Shown here: piece after piece, positions 27,125 through 37,215 of the stretch
How positions within the stretch are numbered: position 1 is the stretch's first letter
Layout of the letters: every line of letters starts with the position of its first letter
Assembly (NCBI GenBank): GCA_018816555.1
Contig: JAHIVT010000071.1
Span: 898-64,897 of the forward strand
DNA: 64,000 bases
Direction: 5' to 3'
Source of the DNA: Pseudomonadota bacterium
GTDB taxonomy: Bacteria; Desulfobacterota; Desulfobulbia; Desulfobulbales; SURF-16
Made by a program: the position numbers and the translations under genes
Notes under the pieces: generated by a model
What the model was told of the DNA's origin: nothing
The model's input: only the letters and a program-made list of their open reading frames with translations
The model's database searches: none

Positions 27125-27530
27125 ATGCTGATGAAAACACTGACCATCCGTTGGCAAAGGCTTGTCAACGAAAACGGACAAACCTGTCCCCGCTGCCACG
27201 ACACAGGAGACGCCATGCTACGGGCATTTACCAGACTGCAGAAGGCATTTGCCGAACTGGGCATTGAGGTGCAAACTGCAGACTGATGCCCTTGGGTTAC
27301 CGTTGTTCACCAAGGACCCTCTGCAGTCGAACCGGATCTGGATAGGTGAGAAATCATTAGAAGAATGGCTCGGCGCCTCAGTCGGGAAAAGCCCCTGTTG
27401 CGATGTCTGTGGCGATGCCCAATGCCTGACCATCTCCCTCGGTGACACCTTTGAGGCAATCCCGGAAGAACTGATTATCCGCGCAGCGCTGCTCGCCGCC
27501 GCAGAACTTTTCCAGGAAAGCAAACCATAA
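27125..27530 (+). pseudogene. DUF2703-like small Cys protein, interrupted by a +1 frame change near 27270-27285
   Basis: Frame 2 reads MLMKTLTIRWQRLVNENGQTCPRCHDTGD...GIEVQTAD-stop (TGA 27284). Frame 0 continues DALGLPLFTKDPLQSNRIWIGEKSLEEWLGASVGKSPCCDVCGDAQC...IPEELIIRAALLAA to TAA 27530. Confidence 0.6.
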
Positions 27531-27660
27531 AGCGGCAATACCGTTCAGATGATATAGCTTGATTTATCGGGCAAGAGATGATGAGATATCCTTACAAGCA
27601 AAGTAGCTTCTCATGTGGAATAGGAAGCGAAACATTTCTTCAGCCCAAAAGGTGAGTCTC

Positions 27661-28272
27661 ATGAAGTTGCTCGTTGTTTACTACTCAATGTATGGCCGTA
27701 TTTGCAAAATGGCAGAGGCGGCAGCCGAGGGAGCCCGTTCTGTGGCAGGGGTTACGGCCGAGGTGCGCCGGGTACCGGAAACCCTTCCCCGGGAAGTGCT
27801 TGAGAAGATGGGCGCCGTGCAGACTCTGCAGCAGCAGAGTCACATACCGGTCTGCACGGTTGAAGAGCTGGGGAGTGCTGATGCGGTAATTTTTGCTACC
27901 CCCACCAAATTCGGCAACATGTGCGACCAGATGCAGCAGTTCCTCGACGCGACGGGCAAACTTTGGATGTCCGGAGCCCTGGTCGGTAAAGCGGGAAGTG
28001 TCATCGCCAGCTTCAATACCCAGCACGGTGCCCAGGAGACGACAATTCTCAGTTTCCACACCACCCTCCTGAGTCAGGGCATGGTGGTGGTGGGGATGCC
28101 GTACACCTTCAAAAGCCAGATGACCGGTGAGGAGATCAGCGACTGTTCCCCCTATGGCGCCTCAACCATTGCCGGGCAGGACGTCAGCCGCTCACCCAGC
28201 GAAAACGAACTCGCCGGAGCCCGTTTCCAGGGCGCCCATGTTGCTGAAATCGCGAAGAAACTCTGCGACTGA
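27661..28272 (+). CDS. wrbA: NAD(P)H:quinone oxidoreductase, flavodoxin-like
   Basis: MKLLVVYYSMYGRICKMAEAAAEG...VIFATPTKFGNM...; typical WrbA N-terminus and FMN loop. Confidence 0.85.
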   Translation: MKLLVVYYSMYGRICKMAEAAAEGARSVAGVTAEVRRVPETLPREVLEKMGAVQTLQQQSHIPVCTVEELGSADAVIFATPTKFGNMCDQMQQFLDATGKLWMSGALVGKAGSVIASFNTQHGAQETTILSFHTTLLSQGMVVVGMPYTFKSQMTGEEISDCSPYGASTIAGQDVSRSPSENELAGARFQGAHVAEIAKKLCD

Positions 28273-28315
28273 CAGACAGCAGAGCAACAATACATGATCC
28301 TCAAAAGGTAAAAAT

Positions 28316-28546
28316 ATGTATGGGTATGGAAGCTGTGTTTGGGGTCCTGGCAATTGGTTCGGTGGCGGACCATTCATGGTTCTTTTGGCAATTCTGCTGA
28401 TTTTGCTTCTCGTATCTCTTCTCAGAAGTTACGGCAGGAAATCCGGCCGCAACGAAAATGCCCTTGATATTCTGAAGCGACGCTATGCCGCAGGTGAGAT
28501 CAACAAGGAACAATTCGACACCATGAAGCGGGATCTGCTGGACTGA
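28316..28546 (+). CDS. SHOCT-domain small membrane protein
   Basis: One TM helix, then LDILKRRYAAGEINKEQFDTMKRDL. Confidence 0.65.
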   Translation: MYGYGSCVWGPGNWFGGGPFMVLLAILLILLLVSLLRSYGRKSGRNENALDILKRRYAAGEINKEQFDTMKRDLLD

Positions 28547-28665
28547 CCAGCCTGCCATCGATACATGCAGAGGGAAAAGTTCCCCGCCCTGACGGGATCA
28601 GCATCTGAGTTCATCTTTCCCTTTGAGTGATTCACACGACAAACTTTTTCACGGGTACCGTTCAC

Positions 28666-29142
28666 ATGAAACTGATTACCTCTCATCTGTTTAACGAACT
28701 GTTGGTAAAGGCGGGTTCGAATGCCAGAAAACGGACCAATCACAACATCCATGAATCAGCAGCCGATCCTGTGCAACGGCTGTTCATCGCCGCAAGACTC
28801 GGGTCATATTTCCGCCCCCACCGGCACGCAAGCAAAGGCGAATTTGCCCTGGTCATGCGCGGACTTTTTGATGTCCTGGTCTTTGACGATGACAGCCGCC
28901 TCACCCAACGGATCACCATTGGACCGGGCGCTAATGTTTTTGCTTTTGACCTGCCGCCGAACATCTGGCATTCATGGATAGCCCGGGCTGACGAATCGGT
29001 GTTTTTCGAAACGAAGCAGGGCCCGTATGATCCCCAGACAGCGGCTGAATTCGCCCCCTGGTCCCCGGCCGAGGATGCCCCGGAGGTCAATGCATTTTTT
29101 GTCCGCCTGCAAACTGCCAAGGTCGGAGATTACGTGGCCTGA
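28666..29142 (+). CDS. WbuC-like cupin-fold protein
   Basis: Motifs ARKRTNHNIH...DPVQRLFIA...YFRPHRH...EFALVMRG...WHSW...FFETKQGPY. First ATG is at 28666. Confidence 0.55.
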   Translation: MKLITSHLFNELLVKAGSNARKRTNHNIHESAADPVQRLFIAARLGSYFRPHRHASKGEFALVMRGLFDVLVFDDDSRLTQRITIGPGANVFAFDLPPNIWHSWIARADESVFFETKQGPYDPQTAAEFAPWSPAEDAPEVNAFFVRLQTAKVGDYVA

Positions 29143-29225
29143 TGGCAGCCCTGCTCCGACATGGCATGACAGTTTTACGATCGTTACGAAAGAAAGGTTA
29201 TGTACCAACTTATTTTTAAGGGTCA

Positions 29226-29666
29226 ATGATGCACGATAAAATGGCCGGCTACGCTTTCGCCTTTGTCTCAGCAATCGGCCTGGGCGTCACGAATTTTCTT
29301 TTCACCCGTTCAGCCAAAGCCCTTGGTTCCGTCAACACCACTTTTTACTACTATGTGTTTGCCCTAGTTATCGGCATGGTATGCTGGCTCCCTTTCAGCG
29401 AAAACAAACAATTCAGCATTTCAGAGCTCAAATGGCCGATCTTTATTGCCATTGCCATGTTTATCAGCAACCTGACATACAGTTATGCGGTCAGGTATTT
29501 TGACACTTCAACACCGGCGATTATCAGGGCTGTCTCGTTTTTCATCACAGGATTGATCGCCATCTCCTTCAACAGGGAGCATCTTTCCTTAAAGGACTGG
29601 CTGGCATTCTTGCTGGTCTCTTCCGGCATATTGCTCTTTGGCTATGGTCGACATTTTGTGAAATGA
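29226..29666 (+). CDS. small DMT/EamA-like membrane protein
   Basis: Four to five predicted TM helices; single EamA-like half. Confidence 0.45.
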   Translation: MMHDKMAGYAFAFVSAIGLGVTNFLFTRSAKALGSVNTTFYYYVFALVIGMVCWLPFSENKQFSISELKWPIFIAIAMFISNLTYSYAVRYFDTSTPAIIRAVSFFITGLIAISFNREHLSLKDWLAFLLVSSGILLFGYGRHFVK

Positions 29667-29764
29667 CGATCCCCTCTTCTCTTACTTTTTCTTGAAAATC
29701 CCTTTTTTCCGCCCCATCCCACGGAAGAAGCAACATGGAAAAGGAATCTCCCCCAGAGATTCTC

Positions 29765-30886
29765 TTATGCCATTGTGCCGATGGTTTTGCGAAATCGTGC
29801 CAGAGAGAAGGAGAATAAGACCGTGCCGATGAGGATGAGGGAGAGAAATTGCGGCCAGACAACCGAAAACCCGGCTCCACGGTAAAGGATAGCCTGGGCC
29901 AGCATGACGAAATGGGTGTTCGGCGCGGCCATCATGACATACTGGATGAACTCCGGCATGCTTTCCCTGGGCGTGGTGGAACCCGAGAGGATCTGCAAGG
30001 GCAGCAGCACCAGCATCAGCAACAAACCGAGCTGCGGCATGGAGCGGGCGAGGGTGCCGAGGAAGATCCCCAATGAGGTAGCTGCAAAGAGATGCAGGGC
30101 GGTGCCCGCCAGGAAGAGAATAAGGGAGCCTTCGATGGGCACCGAGAGCCAGCCCTGGACCACGAACACCAGAGATAAGGCCGAAGCGACCAGGACCACC
30201 AGGGCCATAGACCACACCTTGCTGGTCATGATCTCGAAAGGGGTGATAGGCATCACCAGCAGGTGCTCCACCGTGCCGTGCTCCCGTTCGCGGATCAGCG
30301 CCGCGCCGGTGAGGATGATGGCAAGCATGGTGATGTTGTTGATCAATTCCATCACGGCGCTGAACCAGGATTTATTCAGCTCTTGATTGAAACGCACCCG
30401 CATGGCGAGATCCGCCACCGGTGCTGCCTCTGTACGATGCCGCTGCAGAAAGGATCTCACCTCGCCCTCGACTATTGACTGGATATAGCCGCTGCCGGTA
30501 AAGGCCTGACTCATCCGGGTAGCATCGACATTGAGCTGGACCGCCGGCCTGCGCCCGGCCAACACATCGCGTTGGAAATCCGGAGGGATATCCAGGGCAA
30601 AGGTGGAGATGCCGGCATCCATCCGGGCATCCATCTCGGCTTGGGTGATCAACACCGGCGTCTGGAAGTGGGGAGGAAAGAAGGCGTCAGTAATGCGGAC
30701 GGAGAGTGGTGAGCGATCCTCGTCAACAATGGCAATCGGCGCCTTGTGCAGCGTGTCCGGCGTGGCCTTGGTGGAGGCGTAAATCGCGAAGGAAAAGATA
30801 TAAACAATAAGAAAAAGCATGATCGGATCACGCAGCAGACTGCGCAGTTCCTTGATGCCAAGATGCAGAATATTTGCGGCACGCAT
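29765..30886 (-). CDS. ABC-2 type transporter permease (YhhJ/YbhR-like)
   Basis: N-terminus ILHLGIKELRSLLRDPIMLFLIVY, six TM helices. Immediately downstream of the RbbA-like gene. Confidence 0.85.
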   Translation of the reverse strand: MRAANILHLGIKELRSLLRDPIMLFLIVYIFSFAIYASTKATPDTLHKAPIAIVDEDRSPLSVRITDAFFPPHFQTPVLITQAEMDARMDAGISTFALDIPPDFQRDVLAGRRPAVQLNVDATRMSQAFTGSGYIQSIVEGEVRSFLQRHRTEAAPVADLAMRVRFNQELNKSWFSAVMELINNITMLAIILTGAALIREREHGTVEHLLVMPITPFEIMTSKVWSMALVVLVASALSLVFVVQGWLSVPIEGSLILFLAGTALHLFAATSLGIFLGTLARSMPQLGLLLMLVLLPLQILSGSTTPRESMPEFIQYVMMAAPNTHFVMLAQAILYRGAGFSVVWPQFLSLILIGTVLFSFSLARFRKTIGTMA

Positions 30887-30887
30887 G

Positions 30888-33674
30888 TCAGGGCTCCTGT
30901 TTCTTGAGCAGGGCGGTGCTCAGGCCTATGAGGATGGGCACGGCCAGCAGCAGGGGGGCAAATGATGCCTGCAGATCACGGAAGCCGAGTCCCTTGGAAA
31001 AGGTGCCGCGCGAGATAATAAGGAAATGGGTGGTCGGGTAGATTTTGCCGATCAAGGCCCCTACCCCCTCCAGCGAAGAAACAGGGTCGATCATCCCGGA
31101 AAATTGCACGGCAGGCATGATGGTCAGTATGGCCGTGCCGAACAGGGCGGCGGTCTGGCTGCGCATAAAAGTCGACATCAATAATCCGAAGGCAGTGGCG
31201 ATGATGACATACAGCGTCGCCGCTGTGGAGAAGGTCAAGAAACTCCCTTTGAAGGGAACACCAAAAACAAATACAGCCAGCACGCTGAGCAGCAGAAAGT
31301 TGACCATTGCCAGGGAGGCATAGGGAATCTGCTTGCCCAGCAGGAATTCCAGGCGGGTGACCGGAGTAACATAGAGATTGACGATGGAGCCCAACTCCTT
31401 CTCCCGTACCACCGACAGAGCGGTCAGCATGGCCGGGATCAGCATCAGCAGCAGTGGGATCACGGCCGGAACCATGGCCACCAGACTTTTGACATCCGGA
31501 TTATAGCGATAACGCGTCTCGATGGTGGCGGCGCCAGCGTTTGCCGTCGCGCCGGAGGCCCGCGCCAGGCTACTCAGCCAATGGGCATGCATCCCCTGGA
31601 CATAGCCGCGCACGGTTTCGGCGCGCTGCGGCATGGCGCCATCAATCCAGACCCCGACGCTAACCGGTGATCCCCGCTTAAGATCCCGGGCAAAGCCGGG
31701 AGGAATTTCGATGGCCAGGCTGATTTCGCCACTGCGCATGCGCCGGTCCAAATCGCTGTAATTCTTGATGGGGGTCCGCTCGCTGAAGTAGTGCGAGCCG
31801 GACAGGTTGAGTACGTAGTCACGGCTGAGACTGGTCTGGTCCCGGTCAAGGGCCGCAAAGGAAAGGTTTTCCACATCAAGGCTGATGCCGTAGCCCATAA
31901 CCACCATCAAGATGACAGTGCCCAGCAGGGCAAGGGTCAGGCGGATCGGATCCCGGCGCAATTCCAGGGTTTCACGTCGGGTGTAGCTAAACAGACGGCG
32001 CAGACTGAATGCCTTATTCCCCACCTCAGTTCCCTTGTTTTTCTCGCCATCCGACGATTGAGGGCCGGCAAACTCCCCCACGGGCGTTGTCAGGGGGCCA
32101 GCACCCACAGCAGCGTCCTCCAGATAGCCGATAAACGCCTCTTCCAGGGTCTGCGCCCCACGCGCCTTGATCAGCTCCGCCGGCGCATCGCTGACCATCA
32201 CCTTGCCGGCATGCATCAGCGAGATACGGTCACAACGCTCGGCCTCGTTCATGAAGTGGGTGGAAATGAAAATGGTGACCTTGTCCTGCCGCGCCAGATC
32301 AATCATGATCTGCCAGAAGGCATCGCGCGCCACCGGATCCACCCCGGAGGTCGGTTCGTCGAGAATCAGCATCTCGGGCCCGTGGATCATCGCCACCGCC
32401 AGGGAAAGCCGTTGCCGCTGCCCCAGCGGCAGGGAGTCGGGTAGGCTGTCCATGACCTCGGAGAGACCGAAACGCCCGGCCATTTCCTGCACCCGTCCCA
32501 TGATCCGTTTCTCCGGCATCCTGAACAGACGGGCGTGCAGGACCAGATTCTGCTGCACCGTCAACTCACTGTAGAGTGAAAACGACTGTGACATATAGCC
32601 GACCCGGCGGCGGGTTTCCAGATCATGCGGGTCAACCGGGCGGCCAAATAGCCATGCCTCCCCTGCGCTGGCCGGCAGCAGGCCGGTCAACATCTTCATG
32701 GTGGTGGTCTTGCCGCAGCCGTTGGAGCCCAGAAAGCCGAAGATCTCCCCCTGGCCGATACGGAAACTCACCTGATCCACCGCAACGAAATCCCCAAAGC
32801 GCATGGTGAGATCATGGGCCTCTATCGCAGTCTTACCGGCGCTGTTCGTTTCGCGCGGGGGGATGATGACCGGCCGGTAGCCCTGCCGCTGGGACTCAGG
32901 CAGCAAGGCAATAAAAGCATTCTCCAGCGAGGTTGTCTTAGTGTGGGCCAGGATTTCCCGAGGGGTGCCGGTGGCGAGCACGCGGCCGGCGTTCATGGCC
33001 ACCAGCCAGTCGAAGCGGGTGGCTTCCTCCATGTAGGCAGTGGCGACGATAATACTCATACCAGCCCGATGGGCCCGGATACGATCGATCAGTTCCCAGA
33101 ACTGGCGGCGCGACAAGGGATCGACGCCGGTGGTCGGTTCATCGAGAATCAGCAGTTCCGGATCGTGAATAAGCGCGCAGCAGAGACCAAGTTTTTGTTT
33201 CATGCCGCCGGAAAGCTTGCCGGCCGGGCGATCAACAAAGGGGGCCAGGCCCGTGGCCTGCAGCAGTTCCCCGATGCGCCGTGTGCGCTCCTGGCGGTTG
33301 TGCCCGAACAAACGGGCAAAAAAGTCGACGTTTTCAAAAACCGACAGAGTTGGATAAAGATTTTTGCCAAGTCCCTGGGGCATGTAGGCTACTTGGGGGC
33401 AAACCTTCTGACGATGGCGCTTGTCCGCCATGGCGCCGCCCAGAACCTCCACTCGTCCAGACTGGATGGCCCGGGAGCCTGCCACCAACGAAAACAGGCT
33501 GGACTTGCCCACCCCGTCCGGGCCTATGACCCCGACCATGCAGCCGGCGGGAAAATTAAGGGTGATCGCATCCAGGGCCAGTTTTTTGTCGTAGCGCAGC
33601 GAAACCTCCTGCAACCGGGCCACAAAGGGCGGCACGAGTGTCATGCCCCTAGCTGTAGACTCGCGAATGCTCAT
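30888..33674 (-). CDS. RbbA-like fused ABC protein (two ATPase domains plus ABC-2 permease)
   Basis: Walker [10 protein letters not shown] and GSNGCGKTT; signatures LSGGMKQK and LPLGQRQR; C-terminal ABC-2 membrane domain. Overlaps the HlyD gene by 4 nt. Confidence 0.9.
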   Translation of the reverse strand: MSIRESTARGMTLVPPFVARLQEVSLRYDKKLALDAITLNFPAGCMVGVIGPDGVGKSSLFSLVAGSRAIQSGRVEVLGGAMADKRHRQKVCPQVAYMPQGLGKNLYPTLSVFENVDFFARLFGHNRQERTRRIGELLQATGLAPFVDRPAGKLSGGMKQKLGLCCALIHDPELLILDEPTTGVDPLSRRQFWELIDRIRAHRAGMSIIVATAYMEEATRFDWLVAMNAGRVLATGTPREILAHTKTTSLENAFIALLPESQRQGYRPVIIPPRETNSAGKTAIEAHDLTMRFGDFVAVDQVSFRIGQGEIFGFLGSNGCGKTTTMKMLTGLLPASAGEAWLFGRPVDPHDLETRRRVGYMSQSFSLYSELTVQQNLVLHARLFRMPEKRIMGRVQEMAGRFGLSEVMDSLPDSLPLGQRQRLSLAVAMIHGPEMLILDEPTSGVDPVARDAFWQIMIDLARQDKVTIFISTHFMNEAERCDRISLMHAGKVMVSDAPAELIKARGAQTLEEAFIGYLEDAAVGAGPLTTPVGEFAGPQSSDGEKNKGTEVGNKAFSLRRLFSYTRRETLELRRDPIRLTLALLGTVILMVVMGYGISLDVENLSFAALDRDQTSLSRDYVLNLSGSHYFSERTPIKNYSDLDRRMRSGEISLAIEIPPGFARDLKRGSPVSVGVWIDGAMPQRAETVRGYVQGMHAHWLSSLARASGATANAGAATIETRYRYNPDVKSLVAMVPAVIPLLLMLIPAMLTALSVVREKELGSIVNLYVTPVTRLEFLLGKQIPYASLAMVNFLLLSVLAVFVFGVPFKGSFLTFSTAATLYVIIATAFGLLMSTFMRSQTAALFGTAILTIMPAVQFSGMIDPVSSLEGVGALIGKIYPTTHFLIISRGTFSKGLGFRDLQASFAPLLLAVPILIGLSTALLKKQEP

Positions 33675-34741
33675 TGCGGTAATTTCACCTGCAGATGGTC
33701 AGGCCAAGCCACCGCGGGGTCCAGCCGGACGAAGGCCATGCCGGGCAGACCGGTCTTGACATTGGTGATGTGCTTTCTCAGCAACTCCGCAGGGATCTGC
33801 GCCCTAATGCGGAACATCAGCTTCTCCCGTTCACTGGCCGTTTCCACGGTTTTCGGGGTGAACTGGGCCGAATCGGCAACAAACGACACCTGGGCCGGGA
33901 TCACATACTGGGGGGCAGCGTCCAGTATCAGCCGCACCTCAGAGCCCATGGCAATCCGACCCGCTGACGCTGTGGGCAGGAAGAAAGTCATATAAACATC
34001 GCTCAGGTCGAGCAGGTTAAGTACCTTGCCGCCGGCGCCAACCACCTCCCCGGGCTGGGCAATGCGATATTGCACCCGACCGTCCCGGGTCGCCTTGAGT
34101 GCGCTGTCGTCGATATCAGCCTGAAGTCTGACAATTGTTGCCCGTGCCGCTTCAACAACCGACAGGGCTTCGATCTCCTGGGATTTCACTGTGGCGATGG
34201 CGGCCCCAGCAGCGGCCATCTGGGCCTTTGCCCCCCGCACCATCGCCTGGGCGCTCAGGACCTGGGCCTGAATGTCGTCAAGGTCCTGGGCGGCGATGGC
34301 GCCGGTCTGGGCCAGGGGCTCTAACCGCGCCAAACGTTTTTTCGCAACTGCAGATTCGGCCTCACGCTGCGCCACCAGAGCCGAGGCGGCTGCTTTCTCG
34401 CTCTGGCGCTGGGCCGTCTGGTTCTGCATGGTTTCAACAGCACTTTGCGCCTTACGTAGATTTGCCTCAGCCTCGCGGAGCTGGGCATCGAGTACCTCCG
34501 TGTCCATCCGCGCAACAATCTGGCCGCTGGTGACGAAATCTCCTTCGCTCACCAGGATGGCCTTGATGCGGCCGGCGATCTTGGCGGCGATATCAATCTC
34601 CACCGCCTCGATGCGCCCGTTTCCACTGGCAATCCCGTCATCCTTTGCCTTGTGGCCATATCGCTGCCACAGGACCAGAGCCAAAATGCCCATTGCCACA
34701 ACCACTATAACCCTGATCAACCATTTTTTTTTCATGTACAC
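33671..34741 (-). CDS. HlyD-family membrane fusion protein (YhiI/YbhG-like)
   Basis: N-terminal TM anchor, long Ala/Gln-rich coiled coil, barrel motif [14 protein letters not shown]. Confidence 0.85.
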   Translation of the reverse strand: MYMKKKWLIRVIVVVAMGILALVLWQRYGHKAKDDGIASGNGRIEAVEIDIAAKIAGRIKAILVSEGDFVTSGQIVARMDTEVLDAQLREAEANLRKAQSAVETMQNQTAQRQSEKAAASALVAQREAESAVAKKRLARLEPLAQTGAIAAQDLDDIQAQVLSAQAMVRGAKAQMAAAGAAIATVKSQEIEALSVVEAARATIVRLQADIDDSALKATRDGRVQYRIAQPGEVVGAGGKVLNLLDLSDVYMTFFLPTASAGRIAMGSEVRLILDAAPQYVIPAQVSFVADSAQFTPKTVETASEREKLMFRIRAQIPAELLRKHITNVKTGLPGMAFVRLDPAVAWPDHLQVKLPQ

Positions 34742-34791
34742 GATCCTCTTCGTCGTCGATGCTCATCCCACCCACGGTGATGACCATCTTT

Positions 34792-35835
34792 TCAAGTAAC
34801 CGCGAGATTAAATCCTCTGGCAAACAATGCCAGACAGGCATCCACCACCTCAGGGTCATAAATTTTTTTCCGCTGCCTGCTGATCTCCTGCAAGGCAGCC
34901 TTTTCCCCTTTGCCGGCCCGGTAAGGACGATGAGAAGACATGGCTTCGACCACGTCGGCCACCCCCACAATGCGTGCTTCCAGGAGGATCTCGTCGCCAA
35001 CAAGACCGGCAGGATAACCGCTGCCGTCCAGTCGTTCATGGTGTTGCTGCACAATTTGCGCAATGGGCCAGGGGAATTCGATTTCCTGTAAAATCTCGAA
35101 ACCGGCCTGGGGGTGGGTTTTCAGCAGTTTGAATTCGATATCCGTTAACTTTCCCGGCTTGCACAATATCTCGGCAGGGACATACAGTTTGCCGATATCA
35201 TGGATAATTGCCGCGGTCCTGATCCCTTTTATCCGGTCTTCGTCAAGCCCTCCCATCTCCCTGGCAATGGCGCAGGCCAACTGGGCAACCCTTTGTTGGT
35301 GCCCCGCCGTGTAGGGGTCTCTTTTTTCCGTTGCCGACGCCAAGGCATGGACCGTCTCGTCCACGACCCGGGTCATCTTCTCCAGACCCTCCCTGACTGT
35401 CGTTTCCAGCTTTATTTTTTCGGTGATGTCATAGAGAACGGCAACTGTCCCGATGACACGGTTTTTGTCATCAAGCACAGGCGCCGCAGAATAACTGATT
35501 CGTATATCCAAACCATCTTTTCTGGTAGCGCTGAGCGGCATGGAATTGAACACTTCCATGAGCAATGTCCGCCTTCGCAACTCTTCGTAAGTTCCCCAGC
35601 CATTTCGTGAAAGAACGCCAATTGACCGTCCAAGTACTTCCTCCTCTTGCCAGCCGGAAATCTGCTCGGCAGCCTTGTTCCACAGCCTGATATTTCCATC
35701 AAGATCAATGGCAATAATTCCCAGAGGCGATGACTTGACCAGCGCCTGCAAGCCTTGGGCATTCACCCTGATATCAGGCTGCCATATTTTTTCCGGATTT
35801 TTTCCATGTGTATTTTGCATATGCGTGGCTCGCAA
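34792..35835 (-). CDS. PAS-domain HD-GYP phosphodiesterase (c-di-GMP signalling)
   Basis: Motifs HDIGKLYVP and HHERLDGSGYP. N-terminal PAS GIIAIDLDGNIRLWNKAAEQISGW. Confidence 0.85.
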   Translation of the reverse strand: MRATHMQNTHGKNPEKIWQPDIRVNAQGLQALVKSSPLGIIAIDLDGNIRLWNKAAEQISGWQEEEVLGRSIGVLSRNGWGTYEELRRRTLLMEVFNSMPLSATRKDGLDIRISYSAAPVLDDKNRVIGTVAVLYDITEKIKLETTVREGLEKMTRVVDETVHALASATEKRDPYTAGHQQRVAQLACAIAREMGGLDEDRIKGIRTAAIIHDIGKLYVPAEILCKPGKLTDIEFKLLKTHPQAGFEILQEIEFPWPIAQIVQQHHERLDGSGYPAGLVGDEILLEARIVGVADVVEAMSSHRPYRAGKGEKAALQEISRQRKKIYDPEVVDACLALFARGFNLAVT

Positions 35836-35902
35836 CCTGCCTCATAGCAGGCTCTCAACTGTGGAGACATAATTCGTATAGACCAAGCACAAGAGTGAAT
35901 AT

Positions 35903-36319
35903 TCACTCCGGAACCGGGTTTGACAACTTTTGTTTGAAACCCATCCCATACCTTTTTATATACCTTTTGATGCCATCCCAGCAGGCTTGGATGGTCTGCA
36001 TAATTAAATGATCATCCAGCTCGATGAAGCCGAGAATATGCGCTCTGGACACTGCCAGAAGCGGGTCAAAAACCAAGGCAAAGAGCACGACCAGTGGGAG
36101 GTCCTTCACAATTTGTTGCCCCACTCCCTTTTCAAAAATCCAACGGTACAAATCCCCATCTTGTCCGTTTCCCAAGAGCCAGTCCTTACGTAACGCTACG
36201 CCATAGGGCGAGCTGAGGTATTGCTCCAGATAACGAAAATCAACGGGTTTAGCGATGAAGTAACGAAGCAGTGCCGTGCCAAGGTGAACAAACCTATATT
36301 CACCTCTAAATTCTGGCTG
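35903..36319 (-). pseudogene. truncated TetR-family paralogue (ligand-binding half only, no HTH)
   Basis: The frame is open only from the TAA at 36320-36322. RFVHLGTALLRYFIAKPVDFRYLEQYLSSPYGVALRKD...ACWDGIKR parallels the intact TetR at 43097-43672 (RFLHLGKALLQYFIENPLDFRYVEQFHGSPYGAALRRD...ACWDGIRR). No ATG and no HTH upstream. Confidence 0.65.
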
Positions 36320-36472
36320 TTAATGCCGGCGTTTGCTGGATGCAGAAAGCGGTATTGCAACGTGGGATCTTTTCCAAAAGTCCACTTCCTTCATCCTTTT
36401 TTTCAAGTCACTGCGAAAGGTCTCATCGCTGTCCATTGAGAATGCATCCTGCGCTTCTGATTTGAAAATTCT

Positions 36473-37069
36473 TCAGGGTAATCCATTACTGATATGGTAA
36501 AGCGACAGGTAGTTGCATGCACCAACCTCAATCTCCCGGTTCTTCACCGGAGTAAAGCCGTAAAGGCGGAGCGTCTCATCAAGTTCCGCCGGACTGATGC
36601 GAATATTAAGCGGCGGGCCGGGATGGCCCGATATCTTCTTAAACTCAAGCACCGCCAGAACGCCGCCTGGTTTCAAAACCCTTTTGATTTCGCTCAACAA
36701 AATCTGGTCGGTGCCCTGCTGCACCAAATCATGGAATACTGTGGCCATGAGGCAGATATCTATAGTGCCGTTACCAAGAGGAAGCGTACACAGATCACAG
36801 ACTCTGGGGTAGATATGGGTGATACCGCCAGCAATTATCTCATCGATCAGCCGGTCGATTCCCGTCTCCAACATATCAAAGGCAAATATTCGGCCTTGGC
36901 ATCCAATATGGGTCGCAACTGACAGGGCATAGTCGCAGCGGCCACAGGACATAACAAGAAAGATCGTGTCGTCCTTGATATCCAGTTCTCTGTAAAGCCT
37001 TTCCTGGTCGATCAAATCGGAACATCCCTTGTCGTCGGCAATGTTTTTTTTCTTTTGCGGCCCAGTCAC
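36473..37069 (-). CDS. class I SAM-dependent methyltransferase
   Basis: Motifs IFLVMSCGRCDY and VLKPGGVLAVLEF. Confidence 0.7.
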   Translation of the reverse strand: MTGPQKKKNIADDKGCSDLIDQERLYRELDIKDDTIFLVMSCGRCDYALSVATHIGCQGRIFAFDMLETGIDRLIDEIIAGGITHIYPRVCDLCTLPLGNGTIDICLMATVFHDLVQQGTDQILLSEIKRVLKPGGVLAVLEFKKISGHPGPPLNIRISPAELDETLRLYGFTPVKNREIEVGACNYLSLYHISNGLP

Positions 37070-37215
37070 TCACTCACCTCTTCAGTTCGCTATAAGGTGT
37101 TTCCTGAATCCACTTCTCTGTCCTCTGGCTCCCATCCCATGTCAAATGCTTTACGAGACACTCCATAGAGGTGTCGCCACCGCCTTTCCATGGGACCATT
37201 GGCTGGTGCTTGCAG

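Noticed and set aside
27284-27286. TGA 27284 in the DUF2703-like gene considered as a fifth or sixth Sec codon.
   Set aside because: Reading through in the same frame gives only 20 unrelated codons before another stop. The conserved C-terminal half is in the +1 frame, so this is a frameshift and not recoding.
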